Source of the DNA: Eledone cirrhosa
Lineage: Eukaryota
Direction of reading: 5' to 3'
Length of the DNA: 64,000 bases
Assembly: GCA_964016885.1 (NCBI GenBank)
Contig: OZ024740.1
Span: 12,524,001 to 12,588,000, forward strand
How positions within the stretch are numbered: position 1 is the first letter of the stretch; each line of letters opens with the position of its first letter. Below are positions 52,401 through 63,610 of the stretch, piece after piece. The notes under the pieces were generated by a model, which saw only the letters and a program-made list of their open reading frames with translations, made no database searches and was not told the origin of the DNA. The position numbers were made by a program, and so were the translations under genes.

Positions 52401-55400
52401 AGTCTAATGTCTTGTCTCTAGTCTAATATCTTGTCTCTAGTCTAATGTCTTGTCTCTAGTCTAATGTCTGGTCTCTAGTCTAATATCTTGTCTCTAGTCT
52501 AATGAATTGTCTCTAGTCTAATGTCTCTAGTCTAATGTCTTGTCTCTAGTCTAATGTCTCTAGTCTAATGTCTTGTCTCTAGTCTAATGTCTCTAGTCTA
52601 ATGTCTTGTCTCTAGTCTAATATCTTGTCTCTAGTCTAATGTCTCTAGTCTAATGTCTTGTCTCTAATCTAATATCTTGTCTCTAGTCTAATGTCTCTAG
52701 TCTAATGTCTTGTCTCTAGTCTAATGTCTCTAGTCTAATGTCTTGTCTCTAGTCTAATGTCTCTAGTCTAATGTCTTGTCTCTAGTCTAATATCTTGTTT
52801 CTAGTCTAATGTCTCTAGTCTAATGTCTTGTCTCTAGTCTAATGTCTCTAGTCTAATGTCTTGTCTCTAGTCTAATGTCTTGTCTCTAGTCTAATGTCTC
52901 TAGTCTAATATCTTGTCTCTAGTCTAATGTCTCTTGTCTAATGTCTTGTCTCTAGTCTAATGTCTCTAGTCTAATGTCTTGTCTCTAGTCTAATGTCTCT
53001 AGTCTAATGTCTTGTCTCTAGTCTAATGTCTCTAGTCTAATGTCTTGTCTCTAGTCTAATATCTTGTCTCTAGTCTAATGTCTCTAGTCTAATGTCTTGT
53101 CTCTAGTCTAATGACTCTAGTCTAATGTCTTGTGTCTAGTCTAATATCTTGTCTCTAGTCTAATGTCTCTAGTCTAATGTCTTGTCTCTAGTCTAACGTC
53201 TTGTCTCTAGTCTAATGTCTCTAGTCAAATGTCTTGTCTCTAGTCTAGTGTCTCTAGTCTAATGTCTTGTCTCTAGTCTAATGTCTTGTCTCTTGTCTAA
53301 TATCTTGTCTCTAGTCTATTGTCTTGTCTCTAGTCTAATGTCTCTAGTCTAATGTCTTGTCTCTAGTCTAATGTCTCTAGTCTAATGTCTTGTCTCTAGT
53401 CTAATGCCTTGTCTCTAGTCTAATATCTTGTCTCTAGTCTAATGTCCTGTCTCTAGTGTAATGTCTCTAGTCTAATGTCTTGTCTCTAGTCTAATGTCTC
53501 TAGTCTAATGTCTTGTCTCTAAACTAATATCTTGTCTCTAGTCTAATGTCTCTAATCTAATGTCTTGTCTCTAGTCTAATGTCTCTAGTCTAATGTCTTG
53601 TCTCTAGTCTAATGTCTTGTCTCTAGTCTAATGTCTTGTCTCTAGTCTAATATCTTGTCACTAGTCTAATGTCTAGTCTCTAGTCTAATGTCTCTAGTCT
53701 AATGTCTTGTTAATAGTCTAATGTCTCTAGTCTAATGTCTTGTCTCTAGTCTAATATCTTGTCTCTAGTCTAATGTCTTGTCTATAGTCTACCGTCTTGT
53801 CTCTAGTCTAATGTCTCTAGTGTAATGTCTTGTCTCTAGTCTAATGTCTTGTCTCTAGTCTAACGTCTTGTCTCTAGTCTAATGTCTCTAGTCTAATATC
53901 TTGTCTCTAGTCTAATATCGTGTCACTAGTCTAATGTCTCTAGTCTAATATCTTGTCTCTAGTCTAACGTCTTGTCTCTAGTCTAATGTCTCTAGTCTAA
54001 TATCTTGTCTCTAGTCTAATGTCTCTAGTCTAATATCTTGTCACTAGTCTAACGTCTCTAGTCTAATGTCTTGTCTCTAGTCTAATGTCTTGTCTCTAGT
54101 CTAATGTCTCTAGTCTAATGTCTTGTCTCTAGTCTAATATCTTGTCTCTAGTCTAATGTCTTGTCTCTAGTCTAATGTCTCTAGTCTAATGTCTTGTTTC
54201 TAGTCTAATGTCTCTAGTCTAATGTCTTGTCTCTAGTCTAATATCTTGTCTCTAGTCTAATGTCTTGTCTCTAGTCTAATGTCTCTAGTCTAATGTCTTG
54301 TCTCTAGTCTAATATTTTGTCTCAAGTCTAATGTCTTTTCTCTAGGCTAATGTCTCTAGTCTAATGTCTTGTTTCTAGTCTAATGTCTCTAGTCTAATGT
54401 ATTGTCTCTAGTCTAATATCTTGTCACTAGTCTAATGTCTCTTGTCTAATGTCTTGTCTCTAGTCTAATGTCTCTAGTCTAATGTCTTGTCTCTAGTCTA
54501 ATATCTTGTCTCTAGTCTAATGTCTCTAGTCTAATGTCTTGTCTCTAGTCTAATATCTTGTGTCTAGTCTAATGTCTTGTCTCTAGTCTAATGTCTCTAG
54601 TCTAATGTCTTGTCTCTAGTCTAATGTCTCTAGTCTAACGTCTTGTCTCTAGTCTAATATCTTGTCTCTAGTCTAATGTCTCTAGTCTAATGTCTCTAGT
54701 CTAAAGTCTTGTCTCTAGTCTAATATCTTTTCTCTAGTCTAATGTCTCTAGTCTAATGTCTTGTCTCTAGTCTAATGTCTCTAGTCTAATGTCTTGTCTC
54801 TAGTCTAATGTCTCTAGTCTAATGTCTTGTCTCTAGTCTAATATCTTGTCTCTAGTCTAATGTCTCTAGTCTAATGTCTTGTCTCTAGTTTAATGTCTCT
54901 AGTCTAATGTCATGTCTCTAGTTTAATGTCTCTAGTCTAATATCTTGTCTCTAGTCTAATGTCTCTAGTCTAATGTCTTGCCTCTAGTCTAATGTCTCTA
55001 GTCTAATGTCTTGTCTCTAGTCTAATGTCTCTAGTCTAATGTCTTGTCTCTAGTCTAATATCTTGTCACTAGTCTAATGTCTCTAGTCTAATGTCTTGTC
55101 TCTAGTCTAATATCTTGTCTCTAGTCTAATGTCTCTAGTCTAATGTCTTGTCTCTAGTCTAATATCTTGTCTCTAGTCTAATGTCCTGTCTCTAGTCTAA
55201 TGTCTCTAGTCTAATGTCTTGTCTCTAGTCTAATGTCTCTAGTCTAATGTCTTGTCTCTAGTCTAATATCTTGTCTCTAGTCTAATGTCTCTAATCTAAT
55301 GTCTTGTCTCTAGTCTAATGTCTCTAGTCTAATGTCTTGTCTCTAGTCTAATGTTTTGTCTCTAGTCTAATGTCTTGTCTCTAGTCTAATATCTTGTCTC

Positions 55401-58400
55401 TAGTCTAATGTCTTGTCTCTAGTCTAATGTCTCTAGTCTAATGTCTTGTTTCTAGTCTAATGTCTCTAGTCTAATGTCTTGTCTCTAGTCTAATATCTTG
55501 TCTCTAGTCTAATGTCTTGTCTCTAGTCTAATGTCTCTAGTCTAATGTCTTGTCTCTAGTCTAACGTCTTGTCTCTAGTCTAATGTCTCTAGTGTAATGT
55601 CTTGTCTCTAGTCTAATGTCATGTCTCTAGTCTAACGTCTTGTCTCTAGTCTAATGTCTCTAGTCTAATATCTTGTCTCTAGTCTAATGTCTCTAGTCTA
55701 ATATCTTGTCTCTAGTCTAATGTCTCTAGTCTAATATCTTGTCACTAGTCTAATGTCTCTAGTATAATGTCTTGTCTCTAGTCTAATGTCTTGTCTCTAG
55801 TCTAATATCTTGTCTCTAGACTAATGTCTTGTCTCTAGTCTAATGTCTCTAGTCTAATGTCTTGTTTCTAGTCTAACGTCTCTAGTCTAATGTCTTGTCT
55901 CTAGTCTAATATCTTGTCTCTAGTCTAATGTCTTGTCTCTAGTCTAATGTCTCTAGTCTAACGTCTTGTCTCTAGTCTAATATCTTGTCTCTAGTCTAAT
56001 GTCTTTTCTCTAGTCTAATGTCTCTAGTCTAATCTCTTGTTTCTAGTCTAATGTCTCTAGTCTAATGTCTTGTCTCTAGTCTAATATCTTGTCTCTAGTC
56101 TAATGTCTCTAGTCTAATGTCTTGTCTCTAGTCTAATGTCTCTAGTCTAATGTCTTGTCTCTAGTCTAATATCTTGTCTCTAGTCTAATGTCTCTAGTCT
56201 AATGTCTTGTCTCTAGTCTAATATCTTGTGTCTAGTCTAATGTCTTGTCTCTAGTCTAATGTCTCTAGTCTAATGTCTTGTCTCTAGTCTAATGTCTCTA
56301 GTCTAACGTCTTGTCTCTAGTCTAATATCTTGTCTCTAGTCTAATGTCTCTAGTCTAATGTCTCGAGTCTAAACTCTTGTCTCTAGTCTAATATCTTGTC
56401 TCTAGTCTAATGTCTCTAGTCTAATGTCTTGTCTCTAGTCTAATGTCTCTAGTCTAATGTCTTGTCTCTAGTCTAATATCTTGTCTCTAGTCTAATGTCT
56501 CTAGTCTAATGTCTTGTCTCTAGTCTAATGTCTCTAGTCTAATGTCTTGTCTCTAGTCTAATGTCTCTAGTCTAATATCTTGTCTCTCGTCTAATGTCTC
56601 TAGTCTAATGTCTTGTCTCTAGTCTAATATCTCTAGTCTAATGTCTTGACTCTAGTCTAATGTCTCTAGTCTAATGTCTTGTCTCTAGTCTAATATCTTG
56701 TCACTAGTCTAATGTCTCTAGTCTAATGTCTTGTCTCTAGTCTAATATCTTGTATCTAGTCTAATGTCTCTAGTCTAATGTCTTGTCTCTAGTCTAATAT
56801 CTTGTCTCTAGTCTAATGTCTCTAGTCTAATGTCTTGTGTCTAGTCTAATGTCTTGTCTCTAGTCTAATGTCTCTAGACTAATGTCTCTAGTCTAATGTC
56901 TTGTCTCTAGTCTAACGTCTTGTCTCTAGTCTAATGTCTCTAGTCTAATGTCTTGTCTCTAGTCTAATGTCTCTAGTCTAATGTCTCTTCTCTAGTCTAA
57001 TGTCTTGTCTCTAGTCTAATATCTTGACTCTAGTCTAATGTCTTGTCTCTAGTCTAATGTCTCTAGTCTAATGTCTTGTCTCTAGTCTAATGTCTCTAGT
57101 CTAATGTCTTGTCTCTAGTCTAATGTCTTGTCTCTAGTCTAATATCTTGTCTCTAGTCTAATGTCTTGTCTCTAGTCTAATGTCTCTAGTCTAATGTCTC
57201 TAGTCTAATGTTTTGTCTCTAGTCTAACGTCTTGTCTCTAGTCTAATATCTCTAGTCTAATGTCTTGTCTCTAGTCTAATATCTTGTCTCTAGTCTAATG
57301 TCTCTAGTCTAATGTCTTGTCTCTAGTCTGATGACTCTAGTCTAATGTCTTGTGTCTAGTTTAATATTTTGTCTCTAGTCTAATGTCTCTAGTCTAATGT
57401 CTTGTCTCTAGTCTAACGTCTTGTCTCTAGTCTAATGTCTCTAGTCAAATGTCTTGTCTCTAGTCTAGTGTCTTTAGTCTAATGTCTTGTCTCTAGTCTA
57501 ATGTCTTGTCTCTAGTCTAATATCTTGTCTCTAGTCTAATGTCTTGTCTCTAGTCTAATGTCTCTAGTCTAATGTCTTGTCTCTAGTCTAATGTCTCTAG
57601 TCTAATGTATTGTCTCTAGTCTAATGCCTTGTCTCTAGTCTAATATCTTGTCTCTAGTCTAATGTCCTGTCTCTAGTGTAATGTCTCTAGTCTAATGTCT
57701 TGTCTCTAGTCTAATGTCTCTAGTCTAATGTCTTGTCTCTAGACTAATATCTTGTCTCTAGTCTAATGTCTCTAATCTAATGTCTTGTCTCTAGTCTAAT
57801 GTCTCTAGTCTAATGTCTTGTCTCTAGTCTAATGTCTTGTCTCTAGTCTAATGTCTTGTCTCTAGTCTAATATCTTGTCTCTAGTCTAATGTCTAGTCTC
57901 TAGTCTAATGTCTCTAGTCTAATGTCTTGTTAATAGTCTAATGTCTCTAGTCTAATGTCTTGTCTCTAGTCTAATATCTTGTCTCTAGTCTAATGTCTTG
58001 TCTCTAGTCTAATGTCTCTAGTCTAATGTCTTGTCTCTAATCTAACGTCTTGTCTCTAGTCTAATGTCTCTAGTGTAATGTCTTGTCTCTAGTCTAATGT
58101 CTTGTCTCTAGTCTAACGTCTTGTCTCTAGTCTAATGTCTCTAGTCTAATATCTTGTCTCTAGTCTAATGTCTCTAGTCTAATATCGTGTCACTAGTCTA
58201 ATGTCTCTAGTCTAATATCTTGTCTCTAGTCTAACGTCTTGTCTCTAGTCTAATGTCTCTAGTCTAATATCTTGTCTCTAGTCTAATGTCTCTAGTCTAA
58301 TATCTTGTCACTAGTCTAACGTCTCTAGTCTAATGTCTTGTCTCTAGTCTAATGTCTTGTCTCTAGTCTAATGTCTCTAGTCTAATGTCTTGTCTCTAGT

Positions 58401-61400
58401 CTAATATCTTGTCTCTAGTCTAATGTCTTGTCTCTAGTCTAATGTCTCTAGTCTAATGTCTTGTTTCTAGTCTAATGTCTCTAGTCTAATGTCTTGTCTC
58501 TAGTCTAATATCTTGTCTCTAGTCTAATGTCTTGTCTCTAGTCTAATGTCTCTAGTCTAATGTCTTGTCTCTAGTCTAATATCTTGTCTCAAGTCTAATG
58601 TCTTTTCTCTAGGCTAATGTCTCTAGTCTAATGTCTTGTTTCTAGTCTAATCTCTCTAGTCTAATGTCTTGTCTCTAGTCTAATATCTTGTCTCTAGTCT
58701 AATGTCTTGTCTCTAGTCTAATGTCTCTAGTCTAATGTCTCTAGTCTAATGTCTTGTCTCTAGTCTAATATCTTGTCTCTAGTCTAATGTCTCTAGTCTA
58801 ATGTCTTGTCTCTAGTCTAATATCTTGTGTCTAGTCTAATGTCTTGTCTCTAGTCTAATGTCTCTAGTCTAATGTCTTGTCTCTAGTCTAATGTCTCTAG
58901 TCTAACGTCTTGTCTCTAGTCTAATATCTTGTCTCTAGTCTAATGTCTCTAGTCTAATGTCTCTAGTCTAAAGTCTTGTCTCTAGTCTAATATCTTGTCT
59001 CTAGTCTAATGTCTCTAGTCTAATGTCTTGTCTCTAGTCTAATGTCTCTAGTCTAATGTCTTGTCTCTAGTCTAATGTCTCTAGTCTAATGTCTTGTCTC
59101 TAGTCTAATATCTTGTCTCTAGTCTAATGTCTCTAGTCTAATGTCTTGTCTCTAGTCTAATGTCTCTAGTCTAATGTCTTGTCTCTAGTCTAATGTCTCT
59201 AGTCTAATATCTTGTCTCTAGTCTAATGTCTCTAGTCTAATGTCTTGCCTCTAGTCTAATGTCTCTAGTCTAATGTCTTGTCTCTAGTCTAATGTCTCTA
59301 GTCTAATGTCTTGTCTCTAGTCTAATATCTTGTCACTAGTCTAATGTCTCTAGTCTAATGTCTTGTCTCTAGTCTAATATCTTGTCTCTAGTCTAATGTC
59401 TCTAGTCTAATGTCTTGTCTCTAGTCTAATATCTTGTCTCTAGTCTAATGTCCTGTCTCTAGTCTAATGTCTCTAGTCTAATGTCTTGTCTCAAGTCTAA
59501 TGTCTCTAGTCTAATGTCTTGTCTCTAGTCTAATATCTTGTCTCTAGTCTAATGTCTCTAATCTAATGTCTTGTCTCTAGTCTAATGTCTCTAGTCTAAT
59601 GTCTTGTCTCTAGTCTAATGTCTTGTCTCTAGTCTAATGTCTTGTCTCTAGTCTAATATCTTGTCTCTAGTCTAATGTCTTGTCTCTAGTCTAATGTCTC
59701 TAGTCTAATGTCTTGTTTCTAGTCTAATGTCTCTAGTCTAATGTCTTGTCTCTAGTCTAATATCTTGTCTCTAGTCTAATGTCTTGTCTCTAGTCTAATG
59801 TCTCTAGTCTAATGTCTTGTCTCTAGTCTAACGTCTTGTCTCTAGTCTAATGTCTCTAGTGTAATGTCTTGTCTCTAGTCTAATGTCTTGTCTCTAGTCT
59901 AACGTCTTGTCTCTAGTCTAATGTCTCTAGTCTAATATCTTGTCTCTAGTCTAATGTCTCTAGTCTAATATCGTGTCACTAGTCTAATGTCTCTAGTCTA
60001 ATATCTTGTCTCTAGTCTAACGTCTTGTCTCTAGTCTAATGTCTCTAGTCTAATATCTTGTCTCTAGTCTAATGTCTCTAGTCTAATATCTTGTCACTAG
60101 TCTAATGTCTCTAGTCTAATGTCTTGTCTCTAGTCTAATGTCTTGTCTCTAGTCTAATGTCTCTAGTCTAATGTCTTGTCTCTAGTCTAATATCTTGTCT
60201 CTATTCTAATGTCTTGTCTCTAGTCTAATGTCTCTAGTCTAATGTCTTGTTTCTAGTGAAATGTCTCTAGTCTAATGTCTTGTCTCTAGTCTAATATCTT
60301 GTCTCTAGTCTAATGTCTTGTCTCTAGTCTAATGTCTCTAGTCTAATGTCTTGTCTCTAGTCTAATATCTTGTCTCTAGTCTAATGTCTTTTCTCTAGTC
60401 TAATGTCTCTAGTCTAATGTCTTGTTTCTAGTCTAATGTCTCTAGTCTAATGTCTTGTCTCTAGTCTAATATCTTGTCTCTAGTCTAATGTCTCTAGTCT
60501 AATGTCTTGTCTCTAGTCTAATGTCTCTAGTCTAATGTCTTGTCTCTAGTCTAATATCTTGTCTCTAGTCTAATGTCTCTAGTCTAATGTCTTGTCTCTA
60601 GTCTAATATCTTGTGTCTAGTCTAATGTCTTGTCTCTAGTCTAATGTCTCTAGTCTAATGTCTTGTCTCTAGTCTAATGTCTCTAGTCTAACGTCTTGTC
60701 TCTAGTCTAATATCTTGTCTCTAGTCTAATGTCTCTAGTCTAATGTCTCGAGTCTAAAGTCTTGTCTCTAGTCTAATATCTTGTCTCTAGTCTAATGTCT
60801 CTAGTCTAATGTATTGTCTCTAGTCTAATGTCTCTAGTCTAATGTCTTGTCTCTAGTCTAATGTCTCCAGTCTAATGTCTTGTCTCTAGTCTAATATCTT
60901 GTCTCTAGTCTAATGTCTCTAGTCTAATGTCTTGTCTCTAGTCTAATGTCTCTAGTCTAATGTCTTGTCTCTAGTCTAATGTCTCTAGTCTAATATCTTG
61001 TCTCTAGTCTAATGTCTCTAGTCTAATGTCTTGTCTCTAGTCTAATGTCTCTAGTCTAATGTCTTGACTCTAGTCTAATGTCTCTAGTCTAATGTCTTGT
61101 CTCTAGTCTAATATCTTGTCACTAGTCTAATGTCTCTAGTCTAATGTCTTGTCTCTAGTCTAATATCTTGTCTCTAGTCTAATGTCTCTAGTCTAATGTC
61201 TTGTCTCTAGTCTAATATCTTGTCTCTAGTCTAATGTCTCTAGTCTAATGTCTTGTGTCTAGTCTAATGTCTTGTTTCTAGTCTAATATCTCTAGTCTAA
61301 TGTCTCTAGTCTAATGTCTTGTCTCTAGTCTAATGTCTTGTCTCTAGTCTAATGTCTTGTCTCTAGTCTAATATCTTGACTCTAGTCTAATGTCTTGTCT

Positions 61401-63610
61401 CTAGTCTAATGTCTCTAGTCAAATGTCTTGTCTCTAGTCTAATGTCTCTAGTCTAATGTCTTGTCTCTAGTCTAATGTCTTGTCTCTAGTCTAATATCTT
61501 GTCTCTAGTCTAATGTCTTGTCTCTAGTCTAATGTCTCTAGTCTAATGTCTTGTCTCTAGATTAACGTCTTGTCTCTAGTCTAATGTCTCTAGTCTAATG
61601 TCTCTAGTGTAATGTCTTGTCTCTAGTCTAATGTCTTGTCTCTAATCTAATGTCTTGTCTCTAGTCTAATGTCTCTAGTCTAATGTCTTGTCTCTAGTCT
61701 AATATCTTGTGTCTAGTCTAATGTCTAGTCTCTAGTCTAATGTCTCTAGTCTAATGTCTTGTTTCTAGTCTAATGTCTCTTGTCTAATGTCTTGTCTCTA
61801 GTCTAATATCATGTCTCTAATCTAATGTCTTGTCTCTAGTCTAATGTCTCTAGTCTAATGTCTTGTCTCTAGTCTAACGTCTTGTCTCTAGTCTAATGTC
61901 TCTAGTGTAATGTCTTGTCTCTAGTCTAATGTCTTGTCTCTAGTCTAACGTCTTGTCTCTAGTCTAATGTCTCTAGTCTAATATCTTGTCTCTAGTCTAA
62001 TGTCTCTAGTCTATTATCGTGTCACTAGTCTAATGTCTCTAGTCTAATATCTTGTCTCTAGTCTAACGTCTTGTCTCTAGTCTAATGTCTCTAGTCTAAT
62101 ATCTTGTCTCTAGTCTAATGTCTCTAGTCTAATATCTTGTCACTAGTCTAATGTCTCTAGTCTAATGTCTTGTCTCTAATATAATGTCTTGTCTCTAGTC
62201 TAATGTCTCTAGTCTAATGTCTTGTCTCTAGTCTAATATCTTGTCTCTAGTCTAATGCCTTGTCTCTAGTCTAATATCTTGTCTCTAGTCTAATGTCTTG
62301 TCTCTAGTCTAATGTCTCTAGTCTAATGTCTTGTCTCTAGTCTAATGTCTCTAGTCTAATGTCTTGTTTCTAGTCTAATGTCTCTAGTCTAATGTCTTGT
62401 CTCTAGTCTAATATCTTGTCTCTAGTCTAATGTCTCTAGTCTAATGTCTTGTCTCTAGTCTAATGTCTCTTATCTAATGTCTTGTCTCTAGTCTAATACC
62501 TTGTCTCTAGTCTAATGTCTCTAGTCTAATGTCTTGTCTCTAGTCTAATATCTTGTCTCTAGTCTAATGTCTCTAGTCAAATGTCTCTAGTCTAATGTCT
62601 TGTCTCTAGTCTAATGTCTCTAGTCTAATGTCTTGTCTCTAGTCTAATGTCTCTAGTCTAATGTCTTGTCTCTAGTCTAATATCTTGTCTCTAGTCTAAT
62701 GTCTCTAGTCTAATGTCTTGTCTCTGGTCTAATGTCTCTAGTCTAATGTCTTGTCTCTAGTCTAATGTCTCTAGTCTAATGTCTTGTCTCTAGTCTAATG
62801 TCTCTAGTCTAATGTCTTGTCTCTAGTCTAATATCTTGTCTCTAGTCTAAAGTCTCTAGTCTAATGTCTTGTCTCTAGTCTAATGTCTCTAGTCTAATGT
62901 CTTGCCTCTAGTCTAATGTCTTGTCTCTAGTCTAATGTCTCTAGTCTAATATCTTGCCTCTAGTCTAATGTCTCTAGTCTAATGTCTTGTCTCTAGTCTA
63001 ATGTCTCTAGTCTAATGTCTTGTCTCTAGTCTAATGTCTCTAGTCTAATGTCTTGTCTCTAGTCTAATATCTTGTCTCTAGTCTAATGTCTCTAGTCTAA
63101 TGTCTTGTCTCTAGTCTAATATCTTGTCTCTAGTCTAATGTCTCTAGTCTAATGTCTTGTGACTAGTCTAATGTCTTGTCTCTAGTCTAATGTCTCTAGT
63201 CTAATGTCTTGTCTCTAGTCTAACGTCTTGTCTCTAGTCTAATGTCTCTAGTCTAATGTCTCTAGTCTAATGTCTCTAGTCTAATGTCTTGTCTCTAGTC
63301 TAATGTCTCTAGTCTAATGTCTTGTCTCTAGTCTAATGTCTTGTCTCTAGTCTAATATCTTGACTCTAGTCTAATGTCTTGTCTCTTGTCTAATGTCTCT
63401 AGTCTAATGTCTTGTCTCTAGTCTAATGTCTCTAGTCTAATGTCTTGTCTCTAGTCTAATGTCTTGTCTCTAGTCTAATATCTTGTCTCTAGTCTAATGT
63501 CTTGTCTCTAGTCTAATGTCTGGTCTCTAGTCTAATATCTTGTCTCTAGTCTAATGAATTGTCTCTAGTCTAATGTCTCTAGTCTAATGTCTTGTCTCTA
63601 GTCTAATGTC
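40490..63610. repeat. ~11-12-kb tandem duplication (copy 1 ~40,490-52,515; copy 2 ~52,515-63,610)
   Basis: Offset 12,025: AATCTAATAT 40641>52666, ATGAC 41088>53113 and ATTTTG 42290>54315. Offset 11,052: TATAAT 44711>55763, CTCGAG 45310>56362 and 49695>60747, GAAAT 49206>60258, GATTAAC 50508>61560, GAATTG 52504>63556. Confidence 0.9.
42240..44080. repeat. ~921-bp tandem duplication present only in copy 1 of the 11-12-kb unit
   Basis: ATTTTGTCTCAAG 42290>43211 and TAGGCTAA 42320>43241 have offset 921. This motif set appears once in copy 2 (~54,315). Confidence 0.85.
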
